Below, in pieces: positions 56,220 to 64,000 of a stretch of 64,000 bases of DNA. The DNA lies in NCBI GenBank assembly GCA_013239625.1, contig MU053934.1:5288399-5352398 (forward strand). Direction: 5' to 3'. Within the stretch, counting starts at the first letter, position 1; the number at the start of each line of letters is the position of its first letter. Source of the DNA: Lama guanicoe. Lineage: Eukaryota. Below the pieces are notes generated by a model, which saw only the letters and a list, made by a program, of their open reading frames with translations, had not been told where the DNA came from and ran no database searches. The translations under genes and the position numbers were made by a program.

Positions 56220-56900
56220 GCAGCGAGTCGCCGAAACTCCGCAACCTTGAGGGCTCGAGTTTCCCGGAGCCCCGGGGGTGGGACCAAGTGGAGGAAGTCC
56301 CGCCCCGCGTGGAGGAAGGTCCGCCCCGAGCTTCCGCTTCCTCCCCGCCGGCCTTGCCCGTCCCGACGGGGTCGCGTGTTCGGGATGGCTGCGGGAGGAG
56401 ACCGTGGCGGGAGGGAGGAGGCCTGCGGGCACGACAGCTACCGCTCGCCGCTTGCCTCCCGTTATGCCAGCCCGGAGATGTGCTTCGTGTTTAGCGACAG
56501 GTACAAATTCCGGACCTGGCGGCAGCTCTGGCTATGGCTGGCGGAGGCAGAGCAGGTAACGCGTCCTGGGGCTGAGAGGCGGGCCCGCCCCTGCACGTGC
56601 CGGGCTGGGCACCGAGCTGGACTGAGCCGCCAGGGCAGCTGCCCCGCTATTTTCGGCCGGGTGTTCCCTTTCCAGAGGAGCTGCGGCCCCAGGAAGGCCA
56701 GGGCAGGAGGCCCGGGAGCCGCCACCTGTTGCTTCTCATGTTTTTTAATCATCGAGGGTTAGAGCCACAGAGGGGACCTCGAGAAGTGCGGTCTCCCGTT
56801 TCAGGGAGTGAATCTCGGCGGTTCCTGCACGGGTACGCTGCTGAGCGCTTGTTACAGGCCGTTGTGCTCGATTCTCTGCACGTCTTACCCCCTTTAACCC
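56220..56900. promoter_or_regulatory. CpG island / TATA-less promoter of ADSL with GC boxes and ETS (GABP/NRF-2-type) motifs
   Basis: Sharp rise in GC and CpG around ADSL exon 1; CCGCCCC boxes at 56300-56306 and 56321-56327; GGAAG cores; tandem GCTTCC at 56330-56341. Confidence 0.85.
56385..56555 (+). CDS. ADSL: Adenylosuccinate lyase exon 1, [29 protein letters not shown]...WLAEAEQ
   Basis: ATG in strong Kozak context (gggATGg), CAG|gtaacg donor, 171 nt; SPLASRYAS is the recognisable ADSL N-terminus. Confidence 0.97.
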
Positions 56901-58159
56901 ATGAAGACTTGGCAAGCTAGGTGGTGATTTCCCCGTATTATTGGGGAGAAGACCAAGCCTCAATGATAATCCAGCGAGTTAATTGCTTCTAACCGTTAAC
57001 AGCGGAACCCAGGTGTGAAACCGCGTTCAGTGCAGAGCGAAGCGCTTAGCCACTTCATCTTCCACAGTGCCGCAGTGTAGTCCGAGACAGAACTGTCACT
57101 GCAAAATCCGTGTTTCCTGGGCAACCATTTCCGCCCTACTCGGCTGCCTTTTGTCTCTGGGGAGGGAGAATCAGGGAAGGGGGTTATTAGACGAGATTTA
57201 TGGTTTCTCATATAAGAGCTGCGTGTAGAGCTGTTCAGCTCATGGGTTTCAGAAATAGCTCCCAACGGGACTTCCCAGAGGAGCTGAAGGAAGCTGAAGG
57301 TGATCCAGAGAGCTATAAAGTTTCAGAGGAAAATGCCACAACAAGCAAGATGGCGATGTCCTCCCAAATGACTTAGTAAACCCAGAAACGATCTGAGTAG
57401 TGCCCAGGAAGGGTGCACGGTCCCCGAACAGAAAACTTTTCTTCCTAGATTATTCCCCTTTCCTATCACTGTACACAAGGAAATAAAATGACACAAATAC
57501 TCTCAGACATATCTGCAGTGCCTATTCTGTGTGTGCCTGGCAGTTTGAAGACCTTGCATGTGAATAGTTTAGTAATCCTCAAAACAACTCTTTGTGACAG
57601 GTCCTGTTTTACAGATGATAGAATGAAGATACAGAGAGATTTCATGAACTGTGGGCTCAGATAACAATAGCAGATCGTAGAGGAGGACATGAATGGTGTG
57701 TTGTGATTCGCGATGTATTAACATGTACCCTGTTTTCTATTGTATTTGATTCTCTGTGTAGGTGAGGGTAGTGGCACTCAGCGATTTTGCCAGGGCCACC
57801 ATAGCTGGTAAATAAAAGCTTCAGGCTGGGATTGAAATGTAGTCTGAATATGTGTTCTTTCCTCTGGCCTGTCCACACATTGCCTGAAATGCATACAGTT
57901 TTGATACCAGCCTGAGTTTGGATTATCTATTAGTTATGGTGTCAAAATTAGTAGCATAAATTACATAATTAAGAAAAAAAAAACCTTGGGGAATGAGATT
58001 TGGAGGAATGCAGAAAATTAGGAGTAGGGAATGAATTTTGAGATGATGCATTGCTTGGAGGTAGGAAGCAGTTTTGACCACACTGCCCCCTGCTGCTTTG
58101 CTTTGAGAGGAGCCCTGAGAGGTCATATCTAATGACTGAAGATCCAAGGCACCTTGGCC

Positions 58160-58285
58160 AGAGGTGGTTATTAAACACTTGAGATGTGGCTAGTGTGACT
58201 GAGAAATTGAGTTTTTACTTTTTATAAAGTTTAAATGTAAATAGCTACATCTAGCTAGGAGCTACCATCTTGGACAAGATAGGTC
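58160..58285. mobile_element. MER3-like DNA transposon fragment
   Basis: acacttgagatgtggctagtgtgactgagaaattgagtttt...aatagctacatctagctag...ttggaca. Confidence 0.65.
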
Positions 58286-59077
58286 TTAAGATGTGAGCTC
58301 CTTTCCAGGGTCAGGACTTGGAACTTTCAAGTGAGGTTTGAATAAATTTCACCAATGTATATATTCAGTACTTGGCCCCAGGGTTCAGAGCTGCCTGTGG
58401 GCTGCCAGCTGTTGTTTTGGCAGCCTGATTTTTTTTTCAGTGATGGATGAATGTAAGATGTTGATGTGTTTGTTTTCTCATAAGTGCTCCTGGAATTGCT
58501 TCCAGTTGCTCTGAATTTGCTGCACATAATTTGTTGGCAAAACTACTAACAGCATTCCTAATTTTGGTTTCTTGACAAAATCCATCTAGATCAAATGTAA
58601 AGCTGTGGCCTGGGTCCTACACTTTGGGCACTTAAGTGCCAGACACTAAGGAGCAAGCAGTAAATACCACAAGCTCTCAGAGTATTCTAGAGGGGAGAGA
58701 CAGGCTAATAAATTTGTAAAAATGTCATGTGGTGATAAGTGCTCTAAATAAAACCAGGCTAAGGGAATAGAGAGAGACACACAAAAGAAGGAAAGGAAAG
58801 ACCTCTCTGAGAAGATGACATCTGAGCCCTGAGACCAGAACATGTGAGGGAGTGAGCAGAGACACAGGGGCAGAGGGAACAAAAATCAGGGTTACATTAT
58901 TGTTGTATATATTGGATTTTACTTAGAATATAATTTACCATAATTCATTTAGAAAATTGTTCCTTCCTCCCCCTGTCCTTTTAGTTTAGTTGCCCCCAGT
59001 TTTTGTTTAAGAATTGGGAGGTAGGGCATACATGGTAACATGAACCAATTTTTTTTCAGTGTCATTTTTTCAGTTGA

Positions 59078-59371
<294 letters not shown>

Positions 59372-59838
59372 TAATGCATTTATAAGCTTTATTTGATTCT
59401 GTCCATTTTAGGAAGTGACTCCATAGATCTTAGTATCTCACTGCTTAGGAATTTTCTGCTTTTGAAATCCTTCCAATCTAAACTATAAGCGCCTAATGAT
59501 CTCCATAAAATAAGGTCTACAGATTCTGCCTCCACCTTGGTATGCTGGATGAAAGCTGAGATCTTTGCATTTTAGTGGCCAAGGTAGTTTTCCAAAGGGA
59601 TTTTCTTCCCAAGTCCTTTATAACTCCTTGCTGTGACTTCTGAAAAGAAGAAAGCATTGTGTTGTAATTCTTAAACATATCCTTTAGTTAGCAGAAGTGT
59701 CTCATGGACCTAAAAAAGTAATGGCAAGCATTTTCCTAAGAGTTTACCAGGTGTCTGATGCTATTCTGAGCCCTTTATATGTGTTTCATTTATTCTTCAC
59801 AACAACCACAAGAGACAGATGCAATTATCACCATTTTT

Positions 59839-60122
59839 AAATAGCTTTATTGTGGTATAGTTTAATACCATAAAGTTACCATTCTAAATGTCCGGTTCAG
59901 TGAGCTTTAGTAAATTTCTGCAGTGATTTAGCCTCCGCACACCACAGTGTTAGACCACATCCCTCACCCCAAGGAGTTCTCCCTTGCTTGTTTGCCCTCA
60001 GTCTCCACTCCTGCTTCCAGTCCCAGACAACCACTGATGTGCTTTCCGTCCCTATAGTTGTGCCTTTTTCTTAAAATTTCATGTAAATGGATTCAGGACA
60101 TGTAGTCTTTGGCTCTGGCTTT
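59839..60122 (-). mobile_element. Old LINE-1 3' fragment splitting a MIR
   Basis: aatagctttattgtggtatag...ccagacaaccactgatgtgcttt; MIR-like halves on both sides (ttcacaacaacc...; acagatgag...cacagctag). Confidence 0.7.
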
Positions 60123-60971
60123 ATTAGTCCTATATCCACAGATGAGAGGCTGGAGAACTTGCTGTAGGTTTCACAGCTAGAAAGAATAGAGGACTGGGTA
60201 GAACGGCTCCAAAGCTGTGCCCTTCATCACAGTGGGACCAGAAGTTAGATTCCAGATACACTTCCAATTTAGAAAGAAGCCAGTAATTTTTAAGTTGCCC
60301 CAAATAACATTCTTTTGTCCAGAGCAGTACTTATTAAAGGCATCTGTGTGTAATTGGTGAGTCAGATAATGGGAGAAGAACAGTCCTCTAACTTGAAATA
60401 TCCTTGTTAAAAGTACAGAGTGTGTAGTTGGGCTCAACAATTACTGCCTAATGAGCATGTGTTGGAGTTGTCCGAAATACTTACATCTCCTAACTCCCTC
60501 AAGAACAGCTTTAAATTTCCTAAACCTCGGTCTTCTGGTTCATGCCTTTTTTTTTTTGTTAGCAGTGGTAGACATGACAAAAAAGGGAGAAGAAACTAAT
60601 GGAATGCGCCCTGTGGATGCTTTTTAGAAACTTGACAGGAAGACAAAAACTGTTGACCTGGACATCTTCACAGTATTCACAGGGTTACCTCTATCATTTT
60701 CCAGTTATTTTAGATACCACATAAATAGGGCTTTCTAAGTATAAGGATTATGTGCTTATAGATTTCAGCAGTACTGCTAACTCGGTGTGCTTTTGAAACA
60801 GTAACAGAAACGAACAAGTTCTGTTAGCATCTTCTGGCGTGCATGGTGTCTTGCTAAGAATGATACAGGCAGCTAGCTGAGAAACCCAGTTGTGATTGCC
60901 AAAAAGTCTTCTGTCATAATGCTGTCTGGATGGAGCTGTTTAACAAAAGACTGCTTCATCTTCCTTTGCAG

Positions 60972-61016
60972 GACCTGATTATTCTTAGAAATGCATTTGA
61001 CCTGCTTTTGCCAAAG
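60972..61016 (+). CDS. ADSL: ADSL exon 3, DLIILRNAFDLLLPK
   Basis: cttcctttgcag| acceptor, AAG|gtaaga donor, 45 nt, phase 0-0. Confidence 0.95.
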
Positions 61017-61501
61017 GTAAGAAGTTGGCAGAAGTCCCGCTGTGACAGGAGGTGGGCACCACCTTGAGTGAGTCAGCACAGTGTAACTCTAAATAAACAT
61101 TTACTCAGGTGAATGATCCTACGTCTGACCTGTAAAACTAATTGTTTCTTCTTGAGTTAAAACACTGTAAGTTAATAATGCTTTTTAAAGCACAGCCTTT
61201 TAAGTGAAGGAAGTGTAACCTGCAGCATGCTCCTGGAATATGTGGGTCAGATTTATGATTTTTGTCCTGTTTTTCTTCACGAGCGTGCCGGTAGTGTTTA
61301 CATTGTGCAAAAATAATTTGTAACTTTTTAGGTGACATTTTTAGCTCAGTTTTTGAATGTTGGTTAGTATGAACTCTTCAAGGCACTTTAAGACATAAAG
61401 GTAAAAAAAAAATGACCTCTGCCTTCTCTGAGCTGGAGATGTAATTTTATATGAAAGTGTCTCCCAGTTTAGCTCCTGTTTACATAAAGTGCTCAGCCTG
61501 A

Positions 61502-61618
<117 letters not shown>

Positions 61619-62729
61619 TAAGTGAGGTGATTACCTCTTGGGAATTGGGCTTGTTTATGTGCAACTGGCTTTTATTTATTTCTTCTCCCTTCTCTGTGGT
61701 AACCTTGAAGGGAAAAAAATTCAAAACATAATATAAGTAGATAACTTGGGGTGCTTATAAAGAACAAACCTTGTATCTACCTTAAAAGCTGTACTGGTGA
61801 GAGAATAAGTTTAATGGTTCATTTTATTGGGAAATACGTATCAAGAGCCTTAGCAAGTATTCTTGATTCAATGATTCCATTCTTGAGAATCCCGAGAAAG
61901 TAGTCCAAATTATGGGGAAAACCTTATGTACAAAGATCTTTGTTAAAATATTATTTATGATGGTAAGCATTGAGCTAAATGTCCAAGAATAAGAGAATAA
62001 TTAAAAGTATATAGTATATCCACAGGTTGGAATAATATACAGCCATTAAAATGATGCTTGTAAGACTAATACCATGGAAATGTGCTTAGGTTAACGTTGT
62101 GAGGGAAAGTCAGCATATAAACTGTACAAAGAATGGAAGAAAGTACACCACGATGTAAATGCTGACTACTCTGGTTTATGACAGAATAGGGTAAATAAGT
62201 TTTTCCCCTACTCTCTGTAGTTTTTAGTTTTTGAATGTGCAAGTATTTTTATGATTACTGGATAAAACCTTTTATTAAGGCTGATGATGTCAGTTTGGGA
62301 ATGCTACATTTGAGTAGTGGTATGTTATCATCTGCCTTGTGTTTTGATGGGATGTTGCTACGGCAACAAGGGTATCATTTCCTGTAACTCAGGAGAGCCT
62401 GTTGAGTTTCCTCTTCCTTAAAATCAGGGCCTCTGTTATTGGTAGCAGAAACCAGAAGAAACTGTTCATGTGAAGGAGTCAGTGCTCAGTGTGTGTGGCT
62501 TGGCCATGGTAGATGTTGCCTTCTGTGCCGGCTCCCTGCACACCTAGTGTCGCTGTGTTGCAGCTCCTCTCCTGCATCTGTTGGAGCGTGTTCAGCAGGC
62601 ATTCCAGTGTCCCCCTGGGATGGCGTAATGAGCGGCGTCTGCTGCCGCAGTTGGCGGGCGTTAGGGACGCAGGAAATGATGTTGGGTGCGTAGACACCAC
62701 TGCAGAAGGGTCAGCCTGGTAATTAAAAA

Positions 62730-63235
62730 GAAGCAGCTTTACTGAGATATAACTGACATACCAGAAAATTCACCCATTTAAAGGATACAGTTCAATGTGT
62801 TTTTTGTATATTTACAGAATTAATGCAGTCATTAGCAATACATAATTTCAGAATATTTCCATCACCCCCCAGAAAACCCTCTACCCATTAGCAGTCCCTT
62901 CCATTCCCCTATTCCCTAGCCCCTGGCAACCACTTTTATTTTTAATTTATTTTATTTTATTTTATTTCATTTTATTTTCTAACTATGAATTTGCCTCTTC
63001 TGGACATTTCATTTAAGTAGAATCATACATTCATCCTCTGGTGACTGGCTACTTTTCACTTAGCATGGTGTTTTCTGTGTTCATTCATGCTGTAGCATGT
63101 GTCAGTATTTAATTTCTTTTACAGCCAAATAATCCATTGTTTGACTGTGCCTCCTTTTTTCCATTCACCAGTTGCTGAACATTTGGCGTTGTTTCCACTT
63201 TGTTGCTACGGTGTATAATGCTGCTATGAACAAGG
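62730..63235 (-). mobile_element. LINE-1 (L1M-type) 3' fragment in ADSL intron 4
   Basis: cagctttactgagatataa...ttcacccatttaaag...cccctggcaaccac...ggttcattcatgctgtagcatg-like...ataatgctgctatgaaca. Confidence 0.8.
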
Positions 63236-63717
63236 CCACTCATATATTATTATTTATTTTTTTGTACCATTAATCTATTAGCTGGAGTTGACAAGGAAAA
63301 CTCGCAGGAGATTAATTTGGGGCTGTGTACCCTGGCTTTTGATGTGCCTCCTATGGACATTACTTGTAGTGTGCCTTGACGTCTCCAGCTGTCAGTATCA
63401 TTAGCCTCATAGAGAAATTCCATCTGGAATAGGCTAGGTCATCTGTTAGAACGCTGAGCTCCCCTGGATAGGGACCTTGTTTGTTTTGTTCTTTGTTATA
63501 TTTCCAACACCAAGGACACATTAGATACCTGGAAAGTGTTTGTTACATGTATATTTCTTGCAAGGTCTGGGGACAAACAAAACAGACATTGTCTCTGCCT
63601 TTATAGGGCCTCTTGATGATGATTAAAGAACTATGCTAATAGCTCTTTAGTTTTATAAACGTTGAATATTTATAAATGATATTGAATCTGCTTAACTGTT
63701 ACTTGCTTTAAACTTTT

Positions 63718-63820
63718 TTTTGTTTGTTTTTTTCCCTCCTTAACAAAGACACTGGGGACCGAACCAGGGACTTCATGCCCCCCAAGCACATGCTCCACCA
63801 CTGAGCTGTACCTGCCCCCC
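63718..63820 (-). mobile_element. tRNA-derived SINE, related to the one at 34899
   Basis: Reverse strand reads ggggggcaggtacagctcagtggtggagcatgtgctt...ggttcggtccccag then an A-rich tail; degenerate TSD acttgctttaaactttt (63701) / actcggcttaaactttt (63821). Confidence 0.8.
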
Positions 63821-63991
63821 ACTCGGCTTAAACTTTTTTGCTCTTATTTTGTCTTTACTTGTTTCTCCATCTCTTACTTTAATTCTTCCCCTTTCCCGAG
63901 GTAACAGTGGTTATTAAAAGAAACAATGAAAGCTTTATGAAGTAAGTCATTGGTTTGAGACTTCTTTGTGTTCTCTTTGGGTTGTTTTCAG

Positions 63992-64000
63992 GCCTGCGCA
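63992..64000 (+). CDS. ADSL: ADSL exon 5, first 9 nt (Q-P-A-Q), truncated by window end
   Basis: gttgttttcag| acceptor; CA|G CCT GCG CA continues THFQPAQ in the correct phase. Confidence 0.85.

Noticed and set aside
56247..56384. In-frame Arg-rich N-terminal extension of ADSL from a TTG
   Set aside because: Runs through the promoter, probably upstream of the TSS; open frames are expected in GC-rich DNA; the ATG at 56385 has a strong Kozak context

Overview
Mammalian intron-exon DNA, most likely from a camelid (inferred from two tRNA-derived SINEs and artiodactyl-type L1 3' ends). The + strand carries the last 16 coding exons of TNRC6B (GW182 family miRNA-silencing scaffold; 2041-36696). These splice at GT-AG junctions into one open frame of 788 aa plus stop, covering the Q-rich region, PAM2, the PPPGL motif, the RRM and the W-rich C-terminus. 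An approximately 12.2 kb 3' UTR follows (to ~48876), then ~7 kb of repeat-rich intergenic DNA, then the CpG-island promoter, exons 1-4 and the first 9 nt of exon 5 of ADSL (adenylosuccinate lyase). Nearly all ORFs in the supplied track are spurious intronic or UTR frames. I found no convincing new biological system. The most interesting signals are regulatory: an in-frame internal 5' splice site that would remodel the PAM2 motif, a cassette exon with a long AG-free zone and CTAAY motifs, a perfect DR2 nuclear-receptor element just after the stop codon, miRNA-site and G-quadruplex clusters in the UTR, candidate poison exons, and an unexplained 27-bp dispersed duplication. Repeat boundaries and family names were assigned by eye and are approximate.
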